Source of the DNA: Octopus vulgaris
Taxonomy: Eukaryota
Assembly: GCA_951406725.2 (NCBI GenBank)
Contig: OX597836.1
Coordinates: forward strand, 34,410,001 to 34,474,000
DNA length: 64,000 nucleotides
Reading direction: 5' to 3'
The notes under the pieces were generated by a model. That model was not told the DNA's origin. It did not search any database and saw only the letters and a program-made list of their open reading frames with translations. Of the stretch, positions 42,490 to 58,352 are shown in pieces. Each line of letters starts with the position of its first letter. The stretch's first letter is position 1. The position numbers and the translations under genes were made by a program.

Positions 42490-42895
42490 TATATTTATAT
42501 TTACATACTTATATTTATATACTTATATTTCGGGGATTCCAGCAACAACTGGTTTTGCCCGAGAGACGAAGTACAAATTACAGCTCAATATCACAACAAC
42601 TACGTGAATACCTGAAAGGTAAAAAAATGTAGTAGTTCAGCAGAAACCGGCATTACTAACAGGAAAAAAACACCATCACAGCAACAACAGCATCAGCCTC
42701 TACCAAAACCAATGCCTCCATTGTCATCGATATTTTTCAATAATCTTTGGAGGACGGTTCTAGTCGATTAGATCGACCCCAGTACTCAACTGATACTTAA
42801 TTTATCGACCCCATTGTCCTTAACATCCAGGATAAGATAATGTGTTAGTGATGTTCATATTTGTCTGCTAGTTGACATCCACCATAAATGTGTGC

Positions 42896-42953
<58 letters not shown>

Positions 42954-42997
42954 ACATACATACATACCTACATACATGCATACCTACATACATACAT

Positions 42998-43305
42998 GTG
43001 GAGGCACATGGCCCTAGTGGTTAGAACAGCGGACTCGCGGTCGAAAAGGATCGCGGGTTCGAATCTCAGACCGGACGATGTGTGTGTTTATGAGCGAAAA
43101 CACCTAAGCTTCACGCGGCTCCGGCAGAAGGTAATGGCGAACTTCTGCTGACTCTTTCGCCACAAATTTCTCTCACTCTTTCCTCCTGCATCTTGCAGCT
43201 CACCTGCGACGGACCGGCGTCCCGTCCAGGTGGGGAAACTATACGCCAAGAAACCCGGAAACCGGCCCTTATGAGCCAGGCATGGCTCGAGAAGGAACAA
43301 ACAAA
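42998..43305 (+). mobile_element. SINE family C (tail type ii)
   Basis: tggaggcacatggccctagtggttag...gggttcgaatc; tail ggctcgagaaggaacaaacaa. Confidence 0.9.
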
Positions 43306-43326
43306 GCATACATACATACATACATA

Positions 43327-43542
43327 CGAAGGGCGCTGAAAAGTTTTTGGTTTTGGGTAGAATAGAATACAGAAGGATCAGTTGATTATGATTTTATTGC
43401 ACATATTCCCTTCTCAGATTTACCCACTTACTGCAGCGGTCCTTCAGTTCTTCTAAACCCTGTAAAAAAAATGCGGAAGATTGAGCCTCCAGCTACGCCT
43501 TTCGCGACAGCCTTAAAGCCAGAAGCCTTTCAGCACACCTTG
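43327..43542. mobile_element. Mariner-like MITE with TA flanks; relatives at 30670-30730 and 63146-63577
   Basis: ta-cgaagggcgctgaaaagtttttgg / ccagaagcctttcagcacaccttg-ta. Confidence 0.7.
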
Positions 43543-43566
43543 TATATATATGTACATATATATATA

Positions 43567-43962
43567 TTCTCTTTTACTCTTTTACTTGTTTCAGTCATTT
43601 GACTGCGGCCATGCTGGAGCACCGCCTTTAGTCGAGCAACTCCAGCCCGGGACTTATTCTTTGTAAGCCCAGTACTTATTCTATCGGTCTCTTTTGCCGA
43701 ACCGCTAAGTGACGGGGACGTAAACACATCAGCATCGGTTGTCAAGCAATGCTAGGGGGACAAACACAGACACACAAACACACACACGCATATGTATATA
43801 TATACATATATTCGACAGGCATCTTTTCAGTTTCCGTCTACCAAATCCACTCACAAGGCATTGGTCGGCCCGGGGCTATAGCAGAAGACGCTTGCCCAAG
43901 ATGCCACGCAGTGGGACTGAACCCGGAACCATGTGGTTGGTTAGCAAGCTACTTACCACACA

Positions 43963-43965
<3 letters not shown>
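43567..43965 (-). mobile_element. SINE family B
   Basis: Matches 13867-14287. Confidence 0.9.
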
Positions 43966-44540
<575 letters not shown>

Positions 44541-44918
44541 ATGAAGATGCGTGACCAAATGGTTAAGTTGCTGACTTATGTAAGGGCGTAGATTAAATTC
44601 CTTAAGTGGAAGAATGTTTCAAACGTTGGGTTCTTGAGCAAGGCACTTCACTTTATAGTTTTCTAATCTGATCAACCAAATAGAGAACGCGCTGAGTGCT
44701 TGTACAGCCCACTTTCCTTTTGGGCGTCTCATCTTGCATATTTCCCTGGGTCAAGATTTCCACTTACCAGCGGACAACATAGGCTCAGAAAACAATTAGA
44801 AAAAGCATGATACTTGCTGTAATCTGATATGTGGGAATCATAGTTACGCTTTCTTTGTCTGTCTGTCTGTCTTCTAGCTATATATCTATCTCTATATATA
44901 TCTACCTACCTAGCTAAT

Positions 44919-45012
<94 letters not shown>

Positions 45013-45563
45013 CGGCCGGATGTGTTCTGCCCTTACCTTCGAAACACGCATTGAGTCGAAACAGGGGCAGCTGATGAAGGGAAATATTCCTTGTATTGTT
45101 TGTCTTGTACTCTGTTTTTTCGTTGTTAAAAAAAGTCCGTTTCCTTGTTTGTTTTTATGTTTTCGTTTCTCGTTGTATTCTACTTTTATTTGTGGTGTCC
45201 TGTACTCATATATATATATATGCATGTATATATACATATAGATGTAGGTATGTACATATATGTATGTATGTATGCATATGCTTTTTTTGTTAAATTGTTA
45301 TTGTATATATATATATATCTACCTACCTACCTATCTATCTATCTATTTATCTATCTACCTATCTATGTACCTAAATATATATATTTACACACACACATAT
45401 ATATATATATGTATATATGTATATATATGTATATATATGTATATATGTATACATATATATACACACACATATAATATATATATATGTACATATATATGTA
45501 CACATACATACATATTTATTTGTTTGTATATACATATATATGTTATATATATATATACATATG

Positions 45564-45615
<52 letters not shown>

Positions 45616-45626
45616 CATATGTATAT

Positions 45627-45721
<95 letters not shown>

Positions 45722-45802
45722 GTCATCATCAAATCGCCTACATTATCCCTCGAATGGTGTCCGTTTTCTTGCATGCTTTCCTTCCTTGGTATACATATAT
45801 AT

Positions 45803-46188
45803 ATGGAAGCACTCCATCGGTTACGACGACGAGGGTTCCGGTTGATCCGAATCAACGGAACAGCCTGCTCGTGAAATTAACGTGTAAGTGGCTGAGCACT
45901 CCATAGAAACGTGCACCCTTAACGCAGTTCTCGAGGATATTCAGCGTGACACAGAGAGTGACAAGGCCGGCCCTTTGAAATACAGGTACAACAGAAACAG
46001 GAAGTAAGAGTGAGAGAAAGTTGTGGTGAAAGAGTACAGCAGGGATGACCACCAATCCCTGCCGGAACCTCGTGGAGCTTTAGGTGTTTTTCGTTCAATA
46101 AACACTCACAACACCCGGTCTGGGAATCGAAACCACGATCCTACGACCGCGAGTCCGCTGCCCTAACCACTGGGCCATTGCGCCTCCA
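45803..46188 (-). mobile_element. SINE family C (tail type i)
   Basis: Head tggaggcgcaatggcccagtggttagggcagcggactcgcggtcg..gtttcgattccc; tail ...cgtaaccgatggagtgcttcca. Confidence 0.9.
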
Positions 46189-46304
46189 CACATACATATA
46201 TACGTACATACACACACATATATTCATATGAATGCATATGTATATAATTGTGTGTGTAGATATATATGTGGGGGGGGGGGTGCGCATGCGTGGGTGTGTA
46301 TGCG

Positions 46305-46337
<33 letters not shown>

Positions 46338-46581
46338 TTATGTATGGTTATATATCTATGTATGTATATTTAAACATGCTGTAGTGAAAGTAATAAACTC
46401 GTTTGGAATAAAAGCATAGGCTAAAGAATTCTCATATTTAAAACAGCGACATCTATTAAGGCTAAGTTTACACACGTGATCCGGCTTCGCCACTCAGACG
46501 TGACAGACACCGTATCATTACCACATAGCAGACACATTCTACCAAATATTTCTCACTTCTTTTCCTACTCACCTCCACATG

Positions 46582-46612
<31 letters not shown>

Positions 46613-46631
46613 ACACACACACACACACTCA

Positions 46632-46701
<70 letters not shown>

Positions 46702-46824
46702 GATACGTATATAAAACATATACACCACCACATACGCACACACACACATAGCGACAGCACACATACCCACAAAAAAAGGCACACAGAAAATAGACAGACC
46801 AACACATACACACACACTCAAACA

Positions 46825-46904
<80 letters not shown>

Positions 46905-47027
46905 TACACATACGTATAGATTTCTACAGAGAGGCACACACATTCTGATATTCTTTGTTTTCGCATTCGCAACAGATCGTTTACGAAATTAAAAGCAAAA
47001 GGCTAGCAACGCATACACTAAAACCTT

Positions 47028-47142
<115 letters not shown>

Positions 47143-47469
47143 CACACACATACACACATTGGTGTATATGCAAACAGCTTTTCCTTTAAACTTCTATTGA
47201 AAACAAGACTCGAATCTGACATTTTTTTCTTTTTCTTTCTTATCAATTTTTCTTTTTCGTATTTTCGTATAAGTTCTTTCGAGTTTGATTGGAACTGAAA
47301 AGACTTCCCAAGCCTTCATGTTTTTATCTCAAACGAGTTTATTACACTCGCTGCTGCAAGCTAAACAAGACATATGTTTGCAGCAGATGTCGGTTCGTAT
47401 CCCAGGGGTAGCCTTTGACATTTTTTTGGTATCCAAATCCCTTTTTTAACCGAATATATTTACACGCTA

Positions 47470-47816
47470 TTATTTATAGTTTTTCTGCTTCGAGTTACAC
47501 CGTTCTAGAGAGCACCGCCTTTAGTCGAGCAAATCGGCCTCAGAACTTATTCTTTGTAAGCCTAGTACTTAGTCTATCGGTCTCTTTGGTGAACCGCCTT
47601 AAACACACAAACATATACACACACGTACATATATATAGATATACATATATACGACGGGATTCTTTTCAGTTTCCGTCTACGAAATCCACTCACAATGTTT
47701 TGGTCTGCCCAAGGCTATATTAGAAGTCAATTGCCCAAGGTGCCACGCAGTGGGACTGAACCCGGGACAATGTGGTTGGTAAGCATGCTACTTACCACAC
47801 AGCCGCTCATACGCCT
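47470..47816 (-). mobile_element. SINE family B, internally deleted
   Basis: gagcaccgcctttagtcgagcaaatcg; cacgcagtgggactgaaccc. Confidence 0.85.
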
Positions 47817-47842
47817 ATACAATAACACAAACCCATGTATAT

Positions 47843-48440
47843 ATTTCTTTACTACCCACAACGGGCTAAACATAGAGGGGACAAACAAGCACAGACAAAG
47901 GGATTAAGTCGAGTACATCGACCCCAGTGCGAAACTGGTACTTCATTTATCGACCCCGAAAGGATGAAAGGCAAAGTCGACCTCGGCGGAATTTGAACTC
48001 AGAACGTAAAGACAGGCGAAATACCTATTTCTTTATTACCCACAAGGAGCCAAATATAGAGGGGACAAACAAGGATATACAAACAGATTAAGTCGATTAC
48101 ATCAACCCCAGTGCGTAACTGGTACTTAATTTATCGACCCCGAAAGGATGAAAGGCAAAGTCGACCTCGGCGGAATTTGAACTCAGAACGTAAAGACAGG
48201 CGAAATACCTATTTCTTTACTACCCACAAGGGGCTAAACACAGAGAGGACAAACAAGGACAGACAAACGGATTAAGTCGAGTACATCAATCCCAGTGCGT
48301 AACTGGTACTTATTTAATCGACCCCGAAAGGATGAAAGGCAAAGTCGACCTCAGCGGAATTTGAACTCAGAACGTAGCGGCAGACGAAATACCGCTAAGC
48401 ATTTCGCCCGGCGCGCTAACGTGTCTGCCAGCTCGCCGCC
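47843..48440 (-). mobile_element. SINE family A trimer
   Basis: Three units + single head at 48390-48440. Confidence 0.92.
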
Positions 48441-48469
48441 TAAAGCGTGCAAATATAGTTTCTAGGACA

Positions 48470-48865
48470 TCTTTATATATAAAAGTGAGGTTGTGTGCTG
48501 TCTGTCTCCTACGATTTAGATTTCTAACTACTTCCACATTTTGCGGTGCAGTTTAACCAAAACCGAGTATCTTATAGTCGTAATTCATATCGAGCTCTTC
48601 TGGGTATTAGCGCGCGTCTACGATGAGTCTACGATTTAAAAAAAAATTTACCATCAATTTTTCCCATTTTTTATGCATTTTTGGCATATATAAGAGATGT
48701 AACTCTCTAAAAATTTATTATTAAATCTCAGAACGTAAAAAGCTTCAGTAACCCCCCCCTTTTGTGGTTAGCCATATTGAGATGGCTATTATACTTTACA
48801 TCTCTAAAAATGCTTATATAGTTATTTCCCTAACAAACCCGAGCAACGCCGGGCGATACTGCTAG
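48470..48865 (+). mobile_element. Complete non-autonomous Helitron
   Basis: 5' TC (tctttatatataaaag), 3' hairpin cccgagcaacgccggg (48838-48853), terminal CTAG, inserted between A and T with no TSD. Confidence 0.85.
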
Positions 48866-49621
48866 TTGAGTATACTCTTAGTTTCATAACTGCTTTTAAA
48901 CTCGGATCCATAGGGATTCCAACAAATCCACGATGACTAAATTATGGAGAATGACTGTGGTTTCATTATTTATCGGATCAGAAAGAGCGCTGTACATCGG
49001 ACATGCTCTGTATGTTGGAATTCTACGAGACATTCATAAAATTTAAGGTCAAATATTGTGCAAAGGTTACCAACGTCAACAATGTATCATCTCTTAAGAA
49101 AACCTTTACTTTAGGGTCTTGTTAAAGGAGAGGTCATGTGAATTTGAATCTAAAACTTCAATCAGGAAAAGAAAATATTTATATTACATGAATAAAATAT
49201 TTGAGATTATGAATCAGTGTGATGTGGACATAGGGTGTGTATGTGTATGCACACACACACACACACACAGACGCATAAATATACATATATCCATATATAC
49301 ATATATACCTATACAGAAATATATATATATGAATATTATGTTTATACACGTATATATGTATATGTGTGTATATGTGTATGCAAACGCACACACACGCATA
49401 CACACATGCATGCATACATATACATATATCATATATACATGCATACCTATGCAGAAATATATATATATATGTGAGTATTATGTACGTGTGTATGTGTATG
49501 TATGTGTGTATGTGTATGTATTTGTATGTATGTGTATGTGTGTGCATACATTTATACATACAAACACGCACATTTATATATAGACAAATATAGGAAAAAG
49601 ATTGATAGACAGATAGATCGG

Positions 49622-49653
<32 letters not shown>

Positions 49654-49691
49654 TATATACAGAGAGAGAGAGAGAGAGAGAGAGAGGGAGT

Positions 49692-49741
<50 letters not shown>

Positions 49742-49790
49742 AAGACAGACAGACAGACAGACAGAAAGACAGACAGACAGATAGACAGAC

Positions 49791-49835
<45 letters not shown>

Positions 49836-49870
49836 TATTGACGCACAGATAGACAGGCAGGCAGAGAGAC

Positions 49871-49945
<75 letters not shown>

Positions 49946-50026
49946 AAGAGAGAGATTGATTGATTGATAGACAGACACGCGGGTAGGGAGACGGATGGAG
50001 GAATGTATGGATGGATAGATACATAA

Positions 50027-50076
<50 letters not shown>

Positions 50077-50138
50077 GCAGACAGACAGACGGGCAGGGAG
50101 ACGGTTGGAGGAATGTATGGATGGATAGATAGATAGAA

Positions 50139-50205
<67 letters not shown>

Positions 50206-50836
50206 GTGTCAACTGAAGGGTGTAGGAGTGCTGCGTCTTCAGATATTGGTGAAACCTGTCGCAAACAATCTGTTTCTGAAATGACCGCATGTTGTGTCTT
50301 TTGTGGTTCCTGTTTAATTTTCGTTTATTTTCTTTCCTTTTCCGGCAAGTTTAGGAAGTGTGTCACTCCACCCATCCACACAAACACGTAACTTCACTAT
50401 ATATACACTCAGACACGTTATAAGCACACTCAAATCCCACTAGACCTACGCACAAACACTCATAAATGCGTACACATTATTACGCACACACGGTTATGCG
50501 TTTAGTATATATACTAGTATACATTATTATACAATGTTTAGAAATTATCTGAGAAAGAAGTCAATCTGAACTGAAAAGTCAAACAAATAAATACATACAT
50601 ACATACACACACGTACGTACGTACATACATACATACATACATACATACATACACACATATATACATACATACACATACATACATACATACACACATATAT
50701 ACATACATACATACACACATACATACATACATACATACATACACACATACATACATACATACATACATACATACATACATACACACATACATACATACAT
50801 ACATACATACACACACTCATACATACATACACACAT

Positions 50837-50867
<31 letters not shown>

Positions 50868-51194
50868 TACATACACACATTCATACATACATACACACAT
50901 ACATACATACACACATACATACATACATACACACATACATACATACATGTATACATACATACACACATACATACATACATACACACATACACACATTCAT
51001 ACATACATACATACACACATATATACATACATACATACAAACATACATACACACATACATACATACATACATACATACACACACACATACATACATACAT
51101 ACATACATACATACATACATACATACATACATACATACATACATACATACATACATACATACATACGTATGTGCACGCGCGCGTGTGTATGTGT

Positions 51195-51347
51195 TACTGT
51201 GTGGTAAAAAGCTTGCTACCTAATCTTATGGTTCCGGGTTCAGTCCCACTGCATGGTACGTCAGGCAAGTGTCTTCAACTATGGCCTCAGGCCATCAGAA
51301 CCTTGTCGGTAGATTTAGTAAAGGGAAACAGAGAGAAACCCGTCGTA
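51195..51347 (+). mobile_element. SINE family B head
   Basis: ctgtgtggtaaaaagcttgc...tggttccgggttcagtcccactgc. Confidence 0.8.
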
Positions 51348-51355
51348 TATATAGA

Positions 51356-51432
<77 letters not shown>

Positions 51433-51668
51433 CATATATTATATACACATACAAATATATATAAATTAAATCAGAGATAAAACCACTATTAGGCAAATCA
51501 AACAATGTAAAACATAAACCAAAACATAAAAATAAACATTATTAATATAATATACAAAATATATAACATATAAAATTCAAAATTTAAATTATTGAAATTT
51601 AAATTTTTTAATTTATATTTATAATTAAAAAAAAATTTTTTTTTTAATTTTAAATTAATATATATATA

Positions 51669-52020
51669 CTAGCTGGTGTACCCGGTAATTCCCGGGGGTT
51701 AAGATGTTCTAATGAAACGCCTTCTTACTTTGATATAAGAAAGCAATTTCATTATAATTGCCACAAAAGGGGTATTTTCCATCACGAAAAAGTACAAAAT
51801 CTGTCAGCTGGAGGAGCGAGAGATTGGCGGAGGTTGGTGAGAGAGGTTGTCGGAGGTTGTCTAGAGAGGTTATCGGAGGTTGTCGAGAGAGATTTTCGGA
51901 GGTTGGCGAAAGAGTTTGTCGTTCACAGAAAAAAAAACTGTTGTTCTACCATGAAAAAAGCGCTGTTGAAGTGTTAAGTGAAGTTTGGCAATTGAGGATC
52001 GAATCCACGCTGTGCCTGCA
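51669..52020 (-). mobile_element. Helitron 3' end (far boundary uncertain)
   Basis: Minus strand cccgggaattaccggg hairpin, then tacaccagCTAG|T; internal about 30-bp ggaggttg subrepeats at 51820-51910. Confidence 0.6.
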
Positions 52021-52035
52021 TGTCTATCAATCAAT

Positions 52036-52103
<68 letters not shown>

Positions 52104-52614
52104 TTATCTATCTCTCTGCCTGCCTGTCTATCAGTGTGTTAATATACCTATCTATCACAAATACGTTGTGGAAAAAAATTTATGTACTGTCATGGAGAAA
52201 GTGTAACGGTAAAAATGGAGATTTTACGGAGCAATGGGCATTGTAAAAAATATGTATGCATAGAAATGCAGGAACGAAGACATTCAAATTAAGGAAGTGC
52301 AATAAAAATGTTTCGCAGTTCAAAACTGTGAGTAGTGAAATGCAGAATTAGGTCGGCTGATCGTGAGAATCAAATATTGATGTCTTCGCTAAAAACTGCA
52401 GGTGGTATGGGTTATTTCCCTTGGGTTGTTTATACAAAATATTGGTAATATGTATGGCGGATCCATTGGATAGGCCATATTATGGATTTTTTTTCAACAA
52501 TCTAAGTATGTCACGAGGTTTCCAGACATGAGTTTTACTCACATGTCAAATAAAGTAAAAACAAATGATATTGTCTGCAAAAATTAGAAATTGAGCACAC
52601 ACAAAAATCAATAT

Positions 52615-52989
52615 TCTTTACTACCAACAAGGGGCTAAACACAGAAGGGACAAACAAGGACAGACAAACGGATTAAGTGGACTATATCGACCCCAGTGCG
52701 TAACTGGTACTTATTTAATCGACCCCGAAAAGATGAATGGCAAAGTCGACCTCGACGGAATTTGAACTCAGAACATAACGGCAGACAAAATACCTATTTC
52801 TTTATTACCCACAAGAGGCTAAACATAGAGGCGACAAACATGGACAGACATAGGTATTAAGTCGATTATATCGACCCCAGTGCTTAACTGGTACTTAATT
52901 TATCGACCCCGAAAGGATGAAAGGCAAAGTCGACGAAATACCGCTGCGCATTTCGCCCGGCGTGCTAACTTTTCTGCCAGCTCGTCGCC
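52615..52989 (-). mobile_element. SINE family A dimer
   Basis: Two units + head. Confidence 0.88.
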
Positions 52990-53659
52990 TTAGGAAACCC
53001 CCTACCACACAGCCACTCCTGCGCCTGCTGTAAAGTATTTCATTTTATTATCCTGACGTCTGACGTTTACATAGCAAAAATACTTGAGTTCAAGACTCTC
53101 ACGCATATACTGTAAAGCAGTTGATCTCGGATCACTGCTGTTTATTTTATAAAGCATTCGACCCGGGTTCACAACGTTACATTTTACAAAACCGTTGATC
53201 CCAGTTTCATGCTATCTATGCCAAACTCATCATCGCGTCAGGCTAACTAATAATAATGATTTAAACAATATACAAAAGAACTCATTACTGAAGAACTGGG
53301 GGACACGTTCTGCTGTATCAGATTCATCATCATTCCGGCCATTCTTAATGTGACATTTACCATTTTTCATAGTTTAAAGCTACCCTGAAACTATAAACAT
53401 TCTTTGTTAATCATTTCGGCAATCTTCTGAATATACAGATAAGCCAATTAGGTGTGTGTGTGTGTCTGTGTGTGTGTGTGTGTGTGTGTGTCTGTTAGTA
53501 TGTCTGCGTGATTGTGAGTGTATGTTTGTGTATGAACTTACGCAAGTATATACACTCGTATATAGGTGATTGTACATGCGTGTAGAATCTGGTGAAATTC
53601 TTTTAATAAGCGCATGAACGTATATTTAAAGCAACGCTCATACACTCACATACACACAC

Positions 53660-53692
<33 letters not shown>

Positions 53693-53857
53693 GAGATTTA
53701 AGGACACAGACACACAGAGACGCACACACGAACGCACACACAGACACGCACACGCACAGACTCACACACAGACGCATCGACACACATACACGCACACACT
53801 TATACACACACACACAGACTCACACAGACGCGACCACACACACACACACATACACAC

Positions 53858-53888
<31 letters not shown>

Positions 53889-53915
53889 TAGATACATACA
53901 TACATACATACATAC

Positions 53916-53946
<31 letters not shown>

Positions 53947-54188
53947 CATACATACATACATACATACACACACACAATTCAAGTCACTTTAAGCCGTAAA
54001 TCTGATAATCACACACATCGAATTTATGTGGGTGTGCACGTACACACATACATACACACATACACACACGTACACACACGTGTCTGTTTGAATGCGTGTG
54101 CCTGAGCGTTTGTGTGTGTATGTGTTTACGTATGCTTACGTATATGAGTGACAGCGTATGTATGTATGTATGTATGTATGTATATTTA

Positions 54189-54346
54189 AGGCGTAGGCGT
54201 GGCTGTGTGGTAAGAAGCTTACTTTCAACCACATGGTTCCGGTTCAGTCCCACTGCATGGCACCTTGGGCAAGTGTTTCTACTATAGCTTCGGGACGACC
54301 AAAGCTTTGTGAGTGGATTTGATAGAGAGAAACTGGAAGAAGGCCG

Positions 54347-54424
<78 letters not shown>

Positions 54425-54625
54425 ATATGTGTGTGTATGTGTTTGTGTGTCTGTGTTTGTCCCCCTAGCATTGCTTGACAACCGATGCTGGTATGTTTAC
54501 GTCCCCGTCAACTAGCGTTTCGGCAAAAGAGACCGATAGAATAAGTACTGGGCTTACAAAGAATAAGTCCCGGGGTCGATTTGCTCGACTAAAGGCGGTG
54601 CTCCAGCATGACTGAAACAAGTAAA
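54189..54625 (+). mobile_element. SINE family B
   Basis: Full head, (TA)n middle, tail. Confidence 0.9.
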
Positions 54626-54975
54626 AAACAGAAAACAAAAATATATGTGTGTGTGTGTGTATAATATATATATATGTATATGTATATCCACATGCATGGG
54701 TACAAGACGTCATAAAAATGTGAACAGCACGAAAAACGAGAACAGGACAAACAAAAACATGGAAAACGAATTTTTTTTCGAAGATCGAAAGAAACAAATA
54801 GAGAAACGAGACAGGCAACTAAGCGTTATGCTGACGGTGGGTAAAGGTAACATTAAGAGTACAATTCTGAAGATGTGTAGCTTAATGGTTTAGGGCAGGG
54901 GTAAATTACCGGGGTAAATTACCCCAAGTGGGGGTACAAATTAAATTCTTGTGGGTAATTAGGACTCATTAGACA

Positions 54976-55172
54976 TACTCTTTACTCTTTTACTTGTTTC
55001 AGTCATTTGACTGCGGCCATGCTGCAGCACCACCTTTAGTCGATCAAATCGACGCCGGGACTTATTCTTTTGTAAGCCCAGTACTTATTCTATCGGTCTC
55101 TTTTGCCGAACCGCTAAGTGACGGGGACGTAAACACACCAGCATCGGTTGTCAAGCAATGCTAAGGGGACAA

Positions 55173-55209
<37 letters not shown>

Positions 55210-55378
55210 CATATATACGACAGGCTTCTTTCAGTTTCCGTCTACCAAATCCACTCACAAGGCATTGGTAGGCCCGGGGCTATAGCAGAAGACACTTGCC
55301 CAAGACGCCACGCAGTGGGACTGAACCCGGAACCATGTGGTTGGTTAGCAAGCTACTTACCACACAGCCACTCCTGCG
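54976..55378 (-). mobile_element. SINE family B
   Basis: Full-length match. Confidence 0.9.
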
Positions 55379-55841
55379 TCAAATTATATAAAAACCGGGT
55401 TCCTTGTTACGACAGAAATTTCTCTTCAAGCAACACTGCATGTATTCAATGTAATGGACGTGTTTAGGGAGTCGTTACGCCATTTTGAGCAACAAACAAT
55501 TTGGTTGCTAAGGCGTTGCCAAGCGACTAAACAGATATTATTTTTCAGTTTTCTATTACTCGCCTTAACCTTAATTGTTTTGATTCACGTGGTTTTGCTT
55601 CGTTTTAGTAGATTTAAGTAGTTATACTATTCAACCCTTTAACGAAATCGATTGGGCCCCCAAAGACTATCCAAATTGCTCTGGCATCAAAATGCCCCAG
55701 TTTTGATGTAATCGTAACAAAAAGGAAACCTGAAGTGAAAAGATTCTAGAAGAATCGTTTTGTTTCATAATGAGGATATTAATTTATTTCATTGCATTTG
55801 TTTTATAATTTTTATATTTATAATTATATTCATATATAAAT

Positions 55842-56112
55842 ATGGAGGCTTAGAGATTAGAGCAACAGACTCGCGGTTGAAGGATCGCGGGTTCGAATCT
55901 CAGACCGGGCGATGTGTGTGTTTATGAGCGAAACACCTAAGCTCTACGCGGCTCCGGCAGAAGGTAATGGCCCCAACTTTCGCTACAACTTTCTCTCAAT
56001 CTTTCCTCATGCATCTTGCAGTTCACCTGCGACGGACCGGCGTCCGTCCAGGTAGAGAACCTATACGCCAAGGAAACCTGAGCCAGGCGTGGCTCGAGAA
56101 GGGACAAACAAC
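55842..56112 (+). mobile_element. SINE family C (tail type ii), diverged
   Basis: Matches 42998-43305. Confidence 0.85.
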
Positions 56113-56817
56113 ATATATAAATAGATTCAAAGAACCTATGATTTTCTCCCTTTCAAATCAAAGGGTAACATCGGCATAAGTATATATATTTTTCGGTAAT
56201 TGGTTGAAAAAGTTCCTCGAGCCGTGGGTTAGGGCATTTAGCTCACGGTCGTAAGGTCGTGAGTTCGACTCCGGGTGGCGCACTGTATTCTTGAGCAAGG
56301 AACTTTATTTCACGTTGCTCCAGTCCAATCAACTGGCAAAGACGAAAGGCTCCTGTTAACTCAAAAGCCCAGCCTTGTCATCATTTTGCGTCCCGTTATA
56401 TAATCGCCAGTAAAAAATCAGAGCTGCAATAGGCTGGTTCGACCAAAATAAGATATTTTTTATACTCAAATGAGTAATTTATCTTCGACAGTTTACGCGA
56501 AAAGGGGATCTGCAAGGACTCCGTCGAATAAACAGCAACGTATTGCTCCAGCATATGAGACGTCGGAAAATCAAGTAATAAAGTGAATCGAGGCATCAGA
56601 TTTCAGTACAGAGATATTATCCTTCTTTTATCTATATTTTAGTTCACCTTACTATTTCAATGCCTTGTTTCTATGAAGAATCCACAAGATGCTGGCTCCA
56701 TGTAGTAGTAGTGACACGAAAATAACATATGTATATGCATTTATATATATATATATATACCGGAGTAAACAAGTGAAACTCCGAGTAACAGGTTTTGTTG
56801 AATTTCTGCTGCTTTTA

Positions 56818-56866
<49 letters not shown>

Positions 56867-56916
56867 TGTATATTCACACACAATTGCACACAAACATACA
56901 CACACTCGCACTCATA

Positions 56917-56966
<50 letters not shown>

Positions 56967-56990
56967 ACACACATATATATATATAATATA

Positions 56991-57226
56991 TAAGGCGTTC
57001 AAAGAATCTCTCCGCAGTGATTTTATCTTTATCCCGCGAACCACATTGGTGCTACTTCAAGAATTTTTCAGTCAACCGATTATTTCGAAGAGGCTTTGGC
57101 CACAAAGATCTCCTGATTTAACACAGCCAGACATTGTTTTCTGGGGAGCAAGTAAAAGGATCAGTGTACAATAAACGACCGAAGACCCTAAAATACTAAC
57201 TACGGAGAAACTTTTTGAACACCTTG
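56991..57226 (+). mobile_element. Internally deleted Tc1/mariner element retaining a transposase stub
   Basis: TIRs taaggcgttcaaagaatctctccg / cggagaaactttttgaacaccttg with TA flanks; translates WPQRSPDLTQPDIVFWG (WPxRSPDL motif near the third catalytic residue). Confidence 0.85.
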
Positions 57227-57390
57227 TATATATATATATATATATATTTATTTATATATATACATGTATTCCTATATAAATAATATATATATATACTTGC
57301 TTATATTATATGTAAACATGTATATACACATACATATACAAGTATACATGTTTATAGTTTTATACATACGTCAATGTAGAAATATATCTA

Positions 57391-57445
<55 letters not shown>

Positions 57446-57529
57446 TCTGAATGTGTGTGTGTACGCATATATATAACAAATGTATTTTAGGTGCTTGCAC
57501 ATAAAAATATATGTATAAAAATATATGTA

Positions 57530-57586
<57 letters not shown>

Positions 57587-58303
57587 GTATGTGTGTATAT
57601 ATATATGTAAATATATGGAAGTAAGTATTCCCATTTGTGTGTGCGCTTTCGTAGACTCTCTGGCACACCGACGCACATGCACATACATACATACATACAT
57701 ACATACATACATACATACATACATACATACATACATACATACATACATACATACATACATACATACATACATACATACATACATACATACATAGTACGTA
57801 CATACACACTTACTCTGATACGAGCGTACGCATGTATATTTATATAGGTGAGTTTATGAGTGTAAACGTGTAGGCTGAAGTAATGATGCCTTGTGTTTGG
57901 AAAACAAACAGAACAGAGCAAATACACTTGTTTACATTGCCAAGCTGAATAATTTAATGATGCGAGGTTATACATACATACATACATACATACATACATA
58001 CATACATCATACATAGATACATACATACATAAATACATATATACATACATAATTACATGCATACATATATATACACATATATATATATACATGGATGCAT
58101 ATATATATATAGTCGCGCACACACACACACAGAGGCATGTATATAAATATATATTTAGACATCATATATATATGGAATCACGCATGCACACATTCACACA
58201 TCCCTGCATTCATGCATTCATACACACACACACACGCACACACACTAATGCACACACACATACAGTACACCAACATATGTAAATATTCACACACATACAT
58301 AAG

Positions 58304-58352
<49 letters not shown>

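Noticed and set aside
46110-46188. tRNA gene candidates at SINE heads (also 42998, 39140, 60240)
   Set aside because: A/B boxes are present but there is no proper acceptor stem, and each continues into a SINE body
49179-50264. 361-aa minus-strand ORF
   Set aside because: Composed of (CT)n, (TATC)n and (TA)n microsatellites
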